Below, piece after piece: positions 9,629-21,415 of a stretch of DNA of 64,000 nucleotides (positions within the stretch are counted from its first letter, which is position 1; each line of letters begins with the position of its first letter). A program made the position numbers and the translations under genes. The notes under the pieces are model-generated. The model did not search any database. It worked only from the letters and a program-made list of their open reading frames with translations, and was not told where the DNA came from. Source of the stretch: an uncultured Fibrobacterota bacterium (GTDB lineage Bacteria; Fibrobacterota; Chitinivibrionia; Chitinivibrionales; FEN-1185); the NCBI GenBank assembly GCA_963753345.1, contig CAVWBU010000048.1:1-64000 (forward strand), given 5' to 3'.

Positions 9629-12600
9629 CATAACCGTTCTCAAAAGTCCCGGCGACATAGACCTTTCACGCCACGGCGTCATCGAAGCGCACGCGGGAAC
9701 GGGTAAGACCTACACCATCGTGGCAATGGCGCTGAGAATTCTGGAGCTGAAGGATCCGGCCGCACACGACAGGGAGCGGTACATTCACATTCGGGAAATC
9801 CTTCTTGTCACCTACACCGAGAAAGCCGCGGGCGAACTCAAGCGACGGATTCGTGAAGGGATTGAAAAGCGTTTGGGCGAACTCGGCAAAACCGCGCCGC
9901 CCCAACCCGAGCTTGTGCGTCACCTGGAAGACTGCCGTAGCAACCTGCACGAAGCGCTCATCGGCACCATTCACGGCGTGTGCCTGCGGCTCCTGCAGAC
10001 GTGGCCGTTCGAGACCGGCGTGCATTTTTCCACCGAGATGGCCGATGACGGCGAGGGCCTCGAACATGCGCTGCGCGAGTCGATGCGCACCGACTGGCAA
10101 AACGAGGCCGCCTGCATTCCCTGGGCCCTGTCGCTGCTTGCGCAGCAGGGGGAAGCGCTGGAGGAAAAGCACTTCGGGCTTATTCGTGACACTGCAGAAA
10201 AGCTGCTCGACGATGACCATGCAGTGCTTGACAGAAGCATCATTGCAGGAGAATCGCTTGGAGACTTGCGCAGAAGATATGAACGTGATGTTGAGGGAAC
10301 GCTTGAGAGCTTCGTCGACGCGCTGCGGGAATTGGAAAAAGCCATCGACACCTTCAAGCCTTCTGCAGGTTTCCACGAAAACGCAGTACAATCGCTGGAA
10401 TCGACACGGCGCAGGGCGCGGCAGGTCGCCAACGGCGGCGGCATCATTGATCCCGTCTGGGTTGCCGCCATTTCCAAATTCAAGAAACCCGACAAAAACG
10501 GCACACTGCGAAGCACGAACATCTGTGATGCGGCTCTCAAGAAGACCCCTTCCGGCAAGAGGCTCGGCGAGGCGTTTGACGTCGTACAGAATCACGGCTG
10601 CGTGATTTCCTTGCAGGAAATTCTGGGGAAAATTATTCTTGCCCTTGTCTGCGACGCCGCGGAAATTCTGGCAAAGCGGTGGAACCGCGTCAAGCGCGGG
10701 CAGGGACTTCTCTCGTTCGGCGACATGCTGCGCCTGATGCGCCGCGCCGTGGCCCGCAGCCCGGAATTCGTGCGGTCGCTTCGCGACAGGCTGCGCTACG
10801 GCATCATCGACGAGTTCCAGGACACCAGCATTCTGCAGTGGGAGATATTCCGGAGCATCTTCCTTGACGACTGCGCAAAAGACGGCCCCCGCATTTTTAT
10901 CGTCGGCGACCCGAAGCAGTCCATCTACTCGTTCCAGGGCGCAGACGTTCAAAGCTATCTGCAGGCAAAAAAGGTGATTGTCGAACACCGCGGCATCGCC
11001 TATTCGCTCGAGACCAATTACCGTTCGCTTCCGGAAATGATTGACGGATACAATTCGATCCTTGGCCGCAGGGATTCCGGGGGCGCCCTGGGAGAGGATT
11101 GGTTCGGATTCGATTGCGGCGCCGATACCATTTCGTATCCGTCAACAGGAAAGGGCGGAGGCCTTGCCACAGCCGCCGGGCGTGAAAAACCCGCGCATCC
11201 GCTCACCAGACCGCCCGTGCAGGTGATGGCGCTCGAAGGAAATGCATCTCAACGCATTTGGCAGATGGCGGAAAATACGGCTGCGGTCATACGGGCACTC
11301 AAAGGCAGCGCCGTTTCCGTCCCGAACGGCGAAACATGGACGGAGGTGAAGCTTGACTATAAGGATTTCGCCGTGATCGTTGAGGCGCATCATCTCGCCG
11401 AACCGTTCCTGGAGCGTTTTCAGGACGAAGGCATCCCGGCAGTCAAGTACAAGATGGAAGGTGTGTTCCAGTCGGCCATGGCGCGCGACTTGCACGCGCT
11501 TCTGCGCGCGATTGCACACCCTTCGGGCGACGCCGCGCCACGGCTTGCCGCCCTGCTCACCCATTTCTTCAACAAAAGACCGCAGGACATCGATCCAGAC
11601 AAAGACCTTGAGCCCTGTGCCCGGGGTGACGGCTGCGCAAACGAGAACCTGTGCATCGCGCACGCGTTGCAGGAGTGGTCGCACCTTGCGGCATCCCTCC
11701 GATGGTCCCGGCTTTTCAGGAGCATTTTCGAGCGCACCGGCGTGCGGGAGCGCCTCATCAGGCTTTCGGGCGGCCAGCGACACCTTGCCGACCTTACGCA
11801 GGTTGCCGACTACTGCTGCGAGCGGCTCTACCGGGGAAACCTTAGCCTTGTGCAGCTCGTGGAGCACCTTGGCAGGCTTCTTGACGGAAAGGAAAGCGCC
11901 GGACAGGACGCAAACCTCCATGTTCTTGCCACCGAAAAATCCAGCGTAAAAGTGCTCACCATGCACGCCGCCAAGGGACTGGAGTTTCCCGTGGTATTTG
12001 CGGTCACCGGAGGGTCGCGGGGCGCGCCGGGGGCCGGTGCCATTTCCTGGACCGCGGCCGACGGAACAAGGCACGTGATGCCGGTGCTCAACAACAACAG
12101 CGCCGCCCGCGCCGCAAGCCCTGAACTCAGCGCAGCCAGCGCAGAGGTCGAACGACAGGCAAGGCAGGAGCGCCGGCGCCTGCTGTACGTGGCGCTCACC
12201 AGGGCGCAGGCCATGCTGTTTTTGCCCATGCATTTCGGCAGCATAACCAGGGACGACAAAGGCGACATATCATTCACCGACTGCCCTCTGCCGTCAAAAG
12301 CCGCGGACAACGACCTCACCGAACGCCTGCGCGGCCCGCTTGACCGAAAAGAAGAGCAGATGCAGATTTTCCTGGAGAACCAATGGAAGCCTGCAAAAGC
12401 GGTTGCAGCCGCAAAGGCTTCTGCAGCGCCCCCTGCTCCTTTGCTCGAGGCGCCGGACATGGCGTCCCTCGGGCTGCCCCAGCGCGTCTGCATCCAAACC
12501 AGCTACACCCAGTTGAGCAGCAGGGCGACGCGCGGCCGTGATATTGACAGAAGCGAGGAAGAGGAACAGGAACCCCCGGCTGCACAGGCGCTTCCCGGCG

Positions 12601-13346
12601 GCAGGGAGACCGGTGACGCCCTGCATCTTGCGATTGAGGAACTGTTGAGATTGGATGATCCGGGATCGCTCGTCGGTAACAACGATGCCTTGAGCGATCT
12701 GGCTCGGAAATACCTGGAACGCAACGGCATTCTTGAGAATATTGCGGACAACGCCAACGCCGAGGGCTCAAGCGACGCAGACCTGCAGTCACGTCAGGGC
12801 GAGGCAATTGCCAGTGCCGTGCGATACATCCGCGGCGCCTCGACCTCCTCGCTTCCTCTTCCTGGCGGCGGGGAAGCAACCGTAGCCGGCCTGGCAAAAG
12901 GCGACCGCTCACCGGAAATGGAGTTTATGCTCGGCGTGGCGCCGCACTGGGTCCACGGGTACATGGACCTCGTGTTCCGCATCGCAAACAAGGACGCGAA
13001 GCACCCCTGGCGCTACTTTGTGCTCGACTGGAAAAGCGACACGCTTGACGCCTACAACAACGAGACCATTGGAAACCGCATTGTCGAAATGCACTACGAT
13101 CTTCAGGCAAGGGTCTACTGCCATGCGCTTGACAGATACCTTGCAGGGTTGCTCAGAAGCGCCTACGACCCCGCGCGGAACCTCGGCGGCGCCGTGTATG
13201 TTTTCCTGAGAAGTTTCGGCGGGCCCGTGTCGGCGGACCTGCGCCACACCTGGACGCATGATCCGGCCCCGCACATTGACGCGGAATTTACAAGGCAGAA
13301 AGTGCATGGCCTTATCGGAAAGGGTTTGGAACATGGAACTGCGTGA
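9621..13346 (+). CDS. recB: Exodeoxyribonuclease V beta subunit (UvrD-type helicase plus nuclease)
   Basis: IEAHAGTGKT, VTYTEKAA, IDEFQDT, VGDPKQSIYSF, LETNYRS, TMHAAKGLEF, LYVALTRA and nuclease GYMDL..VLDWKS; ATG 9621 overlaps the recC stop. Confidence 0.95.
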   Translation: MNDITVLKSPGDIDLSRHGVIEAHAGTGKTYTIVAMALRILELKDPAAHDRERYIHIREILLVTYTEKAAGELKRRIREGIEKRLGELGKTAPPQPELVRHLEDCRSNLHEALIGTIHGVCLRLLQTWPFETGVHFSTEMADDGEGLEHALRESMRTDWQNEAACIPWALSLLAQQGEALEEKHFGLIRDTAEKLLDDDHAVLDRSIIAGESLGDLRRRYERDVEGTLESFVDALRELEKAIDTFKPSAGFHENAVQSLESTRRRARQVANGGGIIDPVWVAAISKFKKPDKNGTLRSTNICDAALKKTPSGKRLGEAFDVVQNHGCVISLQEILGKIILALVCDAAEILAKRWNRVKRGQGLLSFGDMLRLMRRAVARSPEFVRSLRDRLRYGIIDEFQDTSILQWEIFRSIFLDDCAKDGPRIFIVGDPKQSIYSFQGADVQSYLQAKKVIVEHRGIAYSLETNYRSLPEMIDGYNSILGRRDSGGALGEDWFGFDCGADTISYPSTGKGGGLATAAGREKPAHPLTRPPVQVMALEGNASQRIWQMAENTAAVIRALKGSAVSVPNGETWTEVKLDYKDFAVIVEAHHLAEPFLERFQDEGIPAVKYKMEGVFQSAMARDLHALLRAIAHPSGDAAPRLAALLTHFFNKRPQDIDPDKDLEPCARGDGCANENLCIAHALQEWSHLAASLRWSRLFRSIFERTGVRERLIRLSGGQRHLADLTQVADYCCERLYRGNLSLVQLVEHLGRLLDGKESAGQDANLHVLATEKSSVKVLTMHAAKGLEFPVVFAVTGGSRGAPGAGAISWTAADGTRHVMPVLNNNSAARAASPELSAASAEVERQARQERRRLLYVALTRAQAMLFLPMHFGSITRDDKGDISFTDCPLPSKAADNDLTERLRGPLDRKEEQMQIFLENQWKPAKAVAAAKASAAPPAPLLEAPDMASLGLPQRVCIQTSYTQLSSRATRGRDIDRSEEEEQEPPAAQALPGGRETGDALHLAIEELLRLDDPGSLVGNNDALSDLARKYLERNGILENIADNANAEGSSDADLQSRQGEAIASAVRYIRGASTSSLPLPGGGEATVAGLAKGDRSPEMEFMLGVAPHWVHGYMDLVFRIANKDAKHPWRYFVLDWKSDTLDAYNNETIGNRIVEMHYDLQARVYCHALDRYLAGLLRSAYDPARNLGGAVYVFLRSFGGPVSADLRHTWTHDPAPHIDAEFTRQKVHGLIGKGLEHGTA

Positions 13347-15400
13347 GGCCCTGGAGGCCTATCTTATTGACACACGGCAAATCGACGCGCTTGCGGGGCG
13401 GCAGGCGGAGCTGTTCAGCCGCCGTCTGGTTGCCGACCGAAATCTTGCGGATGAGGCGCGGATTGTTCTGCTGCTCAACCTTGCCGCGCTTTCCCGCGGC
13501 GCCACGCGGCCGCCGAGGGAATTTCTGCTCAGGCCATTGGATAGGGCGACCGTTGATCAGTACATTGACACATACAAACTAGAGAACCCGAACAAGGTTC
13601 TCGCCTGGAGAACCATACTCACAAATCCATCAACGGCCAAGCGGACCGACAGGATTCTTGATGAGGCAATTAAAACACCAAACAAGTTCCATCCCTTGAC
13701 AGGCAGGGAGCCTTCGGATGAGACGGAAAACTGGCCGCTCCTGATCACCGACGCCGGCAATGGCGGCCGCACAGGATTTTCCCGGTACTGGCGCGCGGCA
13801 AGCAGGCTTGAAACCAGGCTGCGCAAAATTCTGGAAGAACGATCGTCGTCCGAAGTTCGGGACGATAAGGCGGCCAACATTATAAAAGAAGTATTTGAAA
13901 CCGACTCAATCCTCGAACCGGGCAAACGATTTCACTTCCGTCAAGTTGTTGCCGCAGCGCTTGCGCTCAAGCAGCGCTTTCTCGTCGTGTCCGGCGGCCC
14001 GGGCACCGGAAAGACCGGCGTCGTGCTCCAGATCCTCCGCTGCCTTATGCGGGCATTCGACACGCTGGAGCCGGACCGCATCGTGCTGTGCGCTCCCACG
14101 GGCCGGGCAAAGGCCCGCCTGGGCGAGAGCATCGACCGGGGAGTCGAATACCTTGAGAAAAGTGCCCCCGACGCCATGCCGCGAGCGCGATATGGCGCTC
14201 AAAAACCTTTCTCGCAAAACCGTGCACGGTCTGCTTTCGGTCAGGCCGGACGGCGGCACCAGGTACGACAGCGCCAATCCGCTTCCCTGCCGGGTGATTG
14301 TGGTCGACGAAGCGAGCATGGTCGACGTGCACCTCTTTTCGCTGCTTGTCGAAGCAACGGCGCCGGATTGCCGGATCATCCTGCTCGGCGACATGCACCA
14401 ACTCCCGTCGGTCGAGGCAGGCGCGGTGCTCGGAGACCTCACCGAGCGTTTTTCCCCGCTTGCCGATTTCCCCACGCTCTCGCAGGAAACCGCAGGATGG
14501 GTGAAGAAAGTGACGGGGGGAGTCGCGGTTGATAAGACGACGGGAGACGAGGCCGCTGTTGTTCTATCCGGCAAGGAAGCGCTCGAGAAAGCAGGCCTGC
14601 TCGCTGATCATACCATCATCTTGACCAAGACCTACCGTTTCTCTTCAGAACTCATGGCACTGAGTTCGTTTGTCAACCTCGGCGACGCCGACGGCGCGAC
14701 CCGACTTCTGAGCGAGGCGGGCGCATCCGGCGCAGCGGAACTTGACACAAGCAAAGGCTTGAACGCCATCAGACAATGGCTGGAGAAAAGCTATTCGCCG
14801 GAAAAGGTCGCCTGCCTCAAGGCGCTTGGCGCCATCGACTTTGGCGCGGCGCAAAGTCCCGATTTCAGCGAGGCGCTTGGCAAGGCCTTTAGCGTGCTTG
14901 ACGAGTCGCGCATTCTCGTCCTCGCCCATGAGGGCGACCGCGGCCGCATCGCAATCAACCGGCTCGCGGAGAAAATGCTTCGGAAGCAACTTGACGATTC
15001 GGGCGCAAAGGGGTTTTTTCACGGACAGCCGGTGATTCTGAACGACAATTTTCACGGCCTTAACTTGTACAACGGCGACATCGGCGTGGTGGTGCGGGCG
15101 AAAAACGACGCAGCAAAAGTCGTCTTCAGGCGTGGAGGCAGGTATCAGGTGCACAGCCTCGACCGCGTAAGCGGCCTTGAGCCAGCCTATGCCATGACCG
15201 TGCACAAGGCCCAGGGATCGGAGTTCGATGCAGTCCTTCTTGTCCTTCCGGAATATAAAAGTCCCCTGCTTTCAAGACAGATTGTCTACACGGCAATCAC
15301 CAGGGCCAGAAGGAAGGTTGTCATTCTCGGCTCTGAAGAAATGCTGCGTTTAGCAATTAAGACGAGGGAAGAGAGGCCGGGAGGGATCAAACTCGGTTAG
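13333..15400 (+). CDS. recD: Exodeoxyribonuclease V alpha subunit, frameshifted near 14165-14185
   Basis: SGGPGTGKT and CAPTGRA in one frame; TVHGLL, VDEASM, LGDMHQLPSVEAG, LYNGDIG, AMTVHKAQGSEF and YTAITRAR in another frame. Confidence 0.9.
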
Positions 15401-15410
15401 AATTAACAAA

Positions 15411-15588
15411 AATTCTTTGGTGGGGGAAGTGTCCCCCTAGGGTGCGGCTTCCGGCGCCTCCTTAACAAATCCACACACCATCAAACCCGGGGGCGCCGGC
15501 GATCCGCACCCATACCCCCTCGTGGGTAGCCCCCAAGGAAGTTGGTTTGCAAGGAAGAAACTGCGCTGCGGGGGCACCGAGAAGAATT
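15411..15588 (-). repeat. Structured dispersed repeat, family B copy 2
   Basis: Closing stem AATTCTTTGGTG...CACCGAGAAGAATT and conserved B blocks; starts about 10 bp after the recD stop. Confidence 0.8.
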
Positions 15589-15618
15589 GTGGATTGCGGA
15601 ATGCGGATGTCGGATTGA
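15589..15618. repeat. Short degenerate heptamer tandem repeat (GCGGATT-like)
   Basis: gtggatt gcggaat gcggatg tcggatt. Confidence 0.6.
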
Positions 15619-15681
15619 AATAAACCAAGAATAGCATTGCGAGCGGATCTCCCGCAGCTGCACTTGAAATATTTTGCTTTT

Positions 15682-15730
15682 CAGCCACGTAGTGGCGCAA
15701 TATTTTAGCCCGGGGCAACGCCCCGGGAAA
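15682..15730. repeat. REP-like palindromes (GCCAC-GTA-GTGGC; CCCGGGGC-AAC-GCCCCGGG)
   Basis: Two short perfect hairpins, resembling AGCCCxGGGCAACGCCCxGGG-type REPs known from other bacteria. Confidence 0.6.
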
Positions 15731-15752
15731 GCAAAGACAGCAACGCACATTT

Positions 15753-15802
15753 CCCCTCTCCACTTGTGGAGAGGGGTGGCCGCCATGGCGGCCGGGGTGA
15801 GG
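15753..15802. repeat. REP-like element CCCCTCTCCAC-TT-GTGGAGAGGGG...GGGGTGAGG
   Basis: Hairpin followed by GGCCGCCATGGCGGCC and GGGGTGAGG; resembles a widespread extragenic palindrome class. Confidence 0.6.
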
Positions 15803-15823
15803 CGACAGTCTTGAGAAATCATC

Positions 15824-16019
15824 TTGGCGCAAGGCAAAAGATTGACTGATAAGAATTCCGTCGCCGCGCGTTAGGTGGACCGGAGGGTCCCGCCATAGCG
15901 GGATTGCCGGTCGACCCGGCCGATAGGCATAGGGCGATCCGGCAACGAGGCCGCACGGCCGAGCCCGCAGGGAGACCGACCCGAGCCTGAGCGCATGTGA
16001 AGGCGAGGGGAACGCCCAA
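15824..16019 (+). repeat. Structured dispersed repeat, family A copy 1 (GCGTT/AACGC subtype, with 5' extension)
   Basis: GCGCGTTAGGTGGACCGGAGG...GGGGAACGCCCAA, colinear with seven other copies. Confidence 0.9.
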
Positions 16020-16049
16020 TTCTTCCTTGATTACTACTGTATTTGCAAA

Positions 16050-17111
16050 CTATTTATCTTTTATCAACTTCTCCACATATCCCATCAGCACTTCCACTAA
16101 TTTTTCCTCCGGCACCTTCTCCACTATCTTGCCTTTTACGAATATCTGTCCCTCATGTTTTCCTCCCGCAATCCCCACGTCGGCGTCGGCGGCCTCGCCT
16201 GGGCCGTTCACGATGCAACCCATGACCGCAATTTTTATGTTCGCGGTGAGAGGCGACACCATAGCCTCGACCTTTTCCGCAAGCGCTTCGACGTTTATCT
16301 GCGTCCTTCCGCACGTTGGGCACGCGACCACCGTGGGTCCCTGCGCCAGCCCGAGCGACTTGAGGATCTCGACCGCGACGCGCACCTCGTTGACAGGATC
16401 GGAACAGAGTGACACTCGCAGGGTATCGCCGATGCCTTCGCTAAGCAGCGCGCCGATGCCGACGCTCGATCGAATGGTGCCTGTTTTAAGGGTGCCGGAC
16501 TCCGTGATGCCAATGTGCTGGGGAACGTTTGTCGCCTGCGACAGCAGCCGGCAGGCCTCGACCGTGGTGAGCACGTCGCTTGCCTTTATGGAAAGCACGA
16601 TATCGCGAAAATCAAACGAGTCCATCATTTTGATAAATTCGATGGCGCTTTCGACCAGCGCCTGCGGCGAGGGGCCGCCGTGCTTTGCAAGGAGTTGTTT
16701 TTCAAGGGAGCCGGAATTAACTCCTATACGGATGGGAATGTGCGCCGCTTTTGCTGCGTCCACCACCTTCTTTACCTTGTCGGAAGAACCGATGTTACCG
16801 GGGTTGATGCGCACCTTGTCCGCGCCTGCTTCGATTGCGGCAATGGCGAGCTCGTGCTGGAAATGGATGTCCGCCACGAGCGGGACCTTCGTCTGCTTCC
16901 TGATGTTCGCGAATGCCCGGGCCGCGATTGTGTTGGGGACCGCGATGCGCACGATGTTGCATCCCGCGCCGGAGAGTTTCCTGATCTGGGAAAGCGTGGC
17001 CTCGACGTCCTCGGTCGGCGTATTGGTCATTGACTGAACGGAAATCGGCGCTCCGCCGCCTATGGGAACGCCGCGGACGAGGACCTGCCGAGTGTTTTTT
17101 CGTTGTATCAT
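16050..17111 (-). CDS. ispG: (E)-4-hydroxy-3-methylbut-2-enyl-diphosphate synthase
   Basis: ISVQSMTNT, PLVADIHF, RINPGNIG, RIGVNSGSL, GIGDTLRVSL, ACPTCGR and MGCIVNGPGE. Confidence 0.97.
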   Translation of the reverse strand: MIQRKNTRQVLVRGVPIGGGAPISVQSMTNTPTEDVEATLSQIRKLSGAGCNIVRIAVPNTIAARAFANIRKQTKVPLVADIHFQHELAIAAIEAGADKVRINPGNIGSSDKVKKVVDAAKAAHIPIRIGVNSGSLEKQLLAKHGGPSPQALVESAIEFIKMMDSFDFRDIVLSIKASDVLTTVEACRLLSQATNVPQHIGITESGTLKTGTIRSSVGIGALLSEGIGDTLRVSLCSDPVNEVRVAVEILKSLGLAQGPTVVACPTCGRTQINVEALAEKVEAMVSPLTANIKIAVMGCIVNGPGEAADADVGIAGGKHEGQIFVKGKIVEKVPEEKLVEVLMGYVEKLIKDK

Positions 17112-17174
17112 TATGCGTGTCTCACTTAAAAGTAATTACAAAGCTGTTCGTTAGTATGATCACATGGATTTGAT

Positions 17175-17222
17175 GTCACCCTTAGTCTTGTGCTGAGCTT
17201 GTCGAAGCATTGTCGAAGGGTC
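17175..17222. repeat. Nested CTGAGCTTGTCGAAG-type REP-like palindromes
   Basis: Inner GCTGAGCTTGTCGAAGCA lies inside outer GTCACCCTTAGTC...CGAAGGG and is flanked by TTGT at 17188-17191 and 17210-17213. Confidence 0.55.
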
Positions 17223-17327
17223 TTCGGACTCCAAAACAAGCTTGCCAACATTTTTCCATTATATAACAAAGGGGTTCGCTCTTGCAAACCCCTTCTTTCT
17301 TTTCGGAAATCAACAAACATCTTGATG

Positions 17328-18473
17328 TTACATCGCCTGAATCTGCAGCGCCACGCGCAGCCCGGTAAGGCCCGAGACCGCGATGCTGCCCGCCCCTGAT
17401 TTCAGCTTGAACCCGTCGATGCGCGTGCAGAAGCCGTTGGCGTTGCCCTTGTACTGTATGTCAACCACAAGGAGTTTGCTCTGCATGTCCCAGTTGCGCT
17501 CATGCACCCCGCTCACGTTGGGCACCCACTGCAGGGTCTGGATAAGATCGTTTTTCAGGCGGAACGTGCTCACGCCGGAAATGGTAAGCGAGAGCATGAC
17601 GCCGTTGTTCTGCTGGTTCTGCCATTCCTTTATTATCTTGTCAAGAAGGTCCTTGATCGCTTTCTGCGAGGCCTTGGCGATCGCCTGCGTGCCTGCCGTG
17701 GCCGCGCTGATGTGGACCGCCGCCGCGTGCGCCGACGACGCGCCGATGATCCTCGCGGTGGTGCAGTTGACGGCCCGGAGCGTCACGTCGGCCTGCGCCG
17801 AAACCATGCCGCCGAGGTTCTGGCTCATCTGCGTTGCTTCCCTGCCCGTGGCGGTGCCCGTGATGATCACCTCTGCGCCGTTCTGCGAGCCGAGCTGCGC
17901 GGCGGCCGCGGCGTCTCCCGCAATCGTCGCCATTTTCTCCTGCGAGGCGCGGATGGCCGCGCTTGCTTTGGGATCGATAAGCTCGAATTCGTAGGGGTCC
18001 TTGAGGAACTGGAGAATTGCCGTTTCGGCGGCCGAGTTATTGGGCTCGGCCGTGCCCAGGTTGCTTTCCTCTATCACCACCATGGTACGGGGCTTGTTCA
18101 TCGACTCGATGAGGATCTGGAACGCGGCCAGGTCCTCGCGCATGGCGCTTTTTGAAATCACGGCCTTGATCTTCATTTCATAGTAACCTTCGGGCGTCTT
18201 TCCCTCGGAGATTTTCTCATAGCTTCTCACCGCGCCGATGGTCTTGGTAATCACCTGATCTCGCTTCACCTGGAAATTCTCGATCTCGGTCTGGGAAAGC
18301 AGGATCGTGCCTATTCCCTTTTCAATGGCGTTTCTCTTTGCCGAAAGAAGCGCTTCCTCGGGATTGGCGCCCTGACCGTCTCCCTCCGCGGTAATGATGT
18401 CGTCGTCCGCGGCGTACAAAGCGGTCCCGAAAAACAGCGCAATTCCGGCGATTGCAATGGCCAGTTTCCTCAT
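17328..18473 (-). CDS. Exported protein with FlgT-N/LPP20-like N-terminal domain and CsgG/LpoB-like middle domain
   Basis: Signal peptide; EGDGQGANPEEALLSAKRNAIEKGIG; AAAAQLGSQNGAEVIITGT; RBS GGAGG. Confidence 0.6.
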   Translation of the reverse strand: MRKLAIAIAGIALFFGTALYAADDDIITAEGDGQGANPEEALLSAKRNAIEKGIGTILLSQTEIENFQVKRDQVITKTIGAVRSYEKISEGKTPEGYYEMKIKAVISKSAMREDLAAFQILIESMNKPRTMVVIEESNLGTAEPNNSAAETAILQFLKDPYEFELIDPKASAAIRASQEKMATIAGDAAAAAQLGSQNGAEVIITGTATGREATQMSQNLGGMVSAQADVTLRAVNCTTARIIGASSAHAAAVHISAATAGTQAIAKASQKAIKDLLDKIIKEWQNQQNNGVMLSLTISGVSTFRLKNDLIQTLQWVPNVSGVHERNWDMQSKLLVVDIQYKGNANGFCTRIDGFKLKSGAGSIAVSGLTGLRVALQIQAM

Positions 18474-18582
18474 GGCGGTTCCTCCTCCTGTGGTCTCATT
18501 CGAACCGACGGATAGGAATATATATTATCTCAAATATCTTACTTTGAGAGAAATTGAGGAGCAGAAACAGGTCTTAATGGAG

Positions 18583-18735
18583 TTGGGCGCCCCGCGGCTT
18601 CGCCGCGGCGGCCCTCCTTCCGGTCTCGGCCCCTGGCCTCGGGCTGCCACGGCCCTATGGCCCACAGGGCCGGGTCCGGGCAGCATCCCGCTCTAGCGGG
18701 ACCTCCAGTCCGGCCTGGCGCTTGGCAGAGGGGGC
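18583..18735 (-). repeat. Family A copy 2 (GCGCC/GGCGC subtype)
   Basis: Reverse complement reads GCGCCAGGCCGGACTGGAGG...GCCGCGGGGCGCCCAA. Confidence 0.9.
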
Positions 18736-18798
18736 CTTTCACAATCATAACATTCCTGACTAACAAGAATCCGCTCGCTGCATCCTTAAAGATTCCAC

Positions 18799-19009
18799 TT
18801 GGCGTAAGACAGAAGATTGACCGATAAGAATTCCGTTACCGCGCGTTAGGTGGACTGGAGGGTGAGCAAGAGCGAATTGCCGGCCGACCCCGGCCGAAGG
18901 CCATCGGGGCGGTCCGGCAACGAGGCGAACAGCCGAGCCCGGAAGGAGACCGACCCGTCACCGTAGAGACGTAGCGCACTACGTCTCTACGGTGACGGGG
19001 AACGCCCAA
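18799..19009 (+). repeat. Family A copy 3, with a GTAG-type REP in its last hairpin
   Basis: Colinear with copy 1; GTAGAGACGTAG-CGCA-CTACGTCTCTAC at 18963-18990. Confidence 0.9.
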
Positions 19010-19052
19010 ATCTTCCTTATTTAATATATGGAAGAGGTATTTTTCCTCGCCT

Positions 19053-20978
<1,926 letters not shown>

Positions 20979-21022
20979 GAGTGCGGTGATGGCGCGTAAT
21001 ATTTTCATGAATCATTTTTAAA

Positions 21023-21157
21023 GGGGGGGGAAGCTTCCCCCTCGCTGCGGCCTCCTCGGCCTTCGGCCTGCGGTGTCCTCCGCTACCCCCTCCTGGGTGG
21101 CCCCCTTGAGAATGCAGTGGCAAGAGTCAGCTTTGGTTGGGGGGCACCCGCGGAGAG
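21023..21157 (-). repeat. Structured dispersed repeat, family B copy 3
   Basis: GGGGGAAGCTTCCCCC hairpin and CCCCCTCCTGGGTGGCCCCC...GGGGGCACCC stem. Confidence 0.75.
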
Positions 21158-21188
21158 TTGTTGGTTGCGGGCCGGCAAGAGAAGCCGA

Positions 21189-21385
21189 TTGGCGCAAAAA
21201 AGCCGCAGTTGACAGAATAGATTTCCGATGCCGCGCGTTAGGTGGACCGGAGGGTGAGCAAGAGCGCGTTGCCGGCCGACCCTCGCCATAGGCGACTAGG
21301 GCGGACCGGCAACGAGGCCGAACGGCCGAGCCCGCAGGGAGACCGACCCGAGCCAGAGCGCACGCGAGGGCGAGGGGAACGCCCA
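21189..21385 (+). repeat. Family A copy 4
   Basis: GCGCGTTAGGTGGACCGGAGG...GGGGAACGCCCA, with the TTGGCGC..TTGAC 5' extension. Confidence 0.9.
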
Positions 21386-21415
21386 TCTCTTACTTTTAAA
21401 AAAGGACTAGTGACA

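Noticed and set aside
15511-15535. CCCTCGTGGG in family B as an HDV-like ribozyme L3
   Set aside because: I could not build the nested P1/P2 pseudoknot, and the motif is not kept in the other copies; a descriptor search would settle it.
15866-15876. GTTAGGT/GTTAGGC in family A as an integron attC core (GTTRRRY)
   Set aside because: Present in only half the copies (the others read GCCAGG), no matching RYYYAAC partner arm, and no integrase in the window.
21242-21415. N-terminal ORF extensions and short ORFs across the repeats (for example 21242, 15819-16019, 21018-21386, 29635-29853)
   Set aside because: They are open frames through GC-rich repeat DNA; their mutual similarity reflects the repeat, not a protein family.
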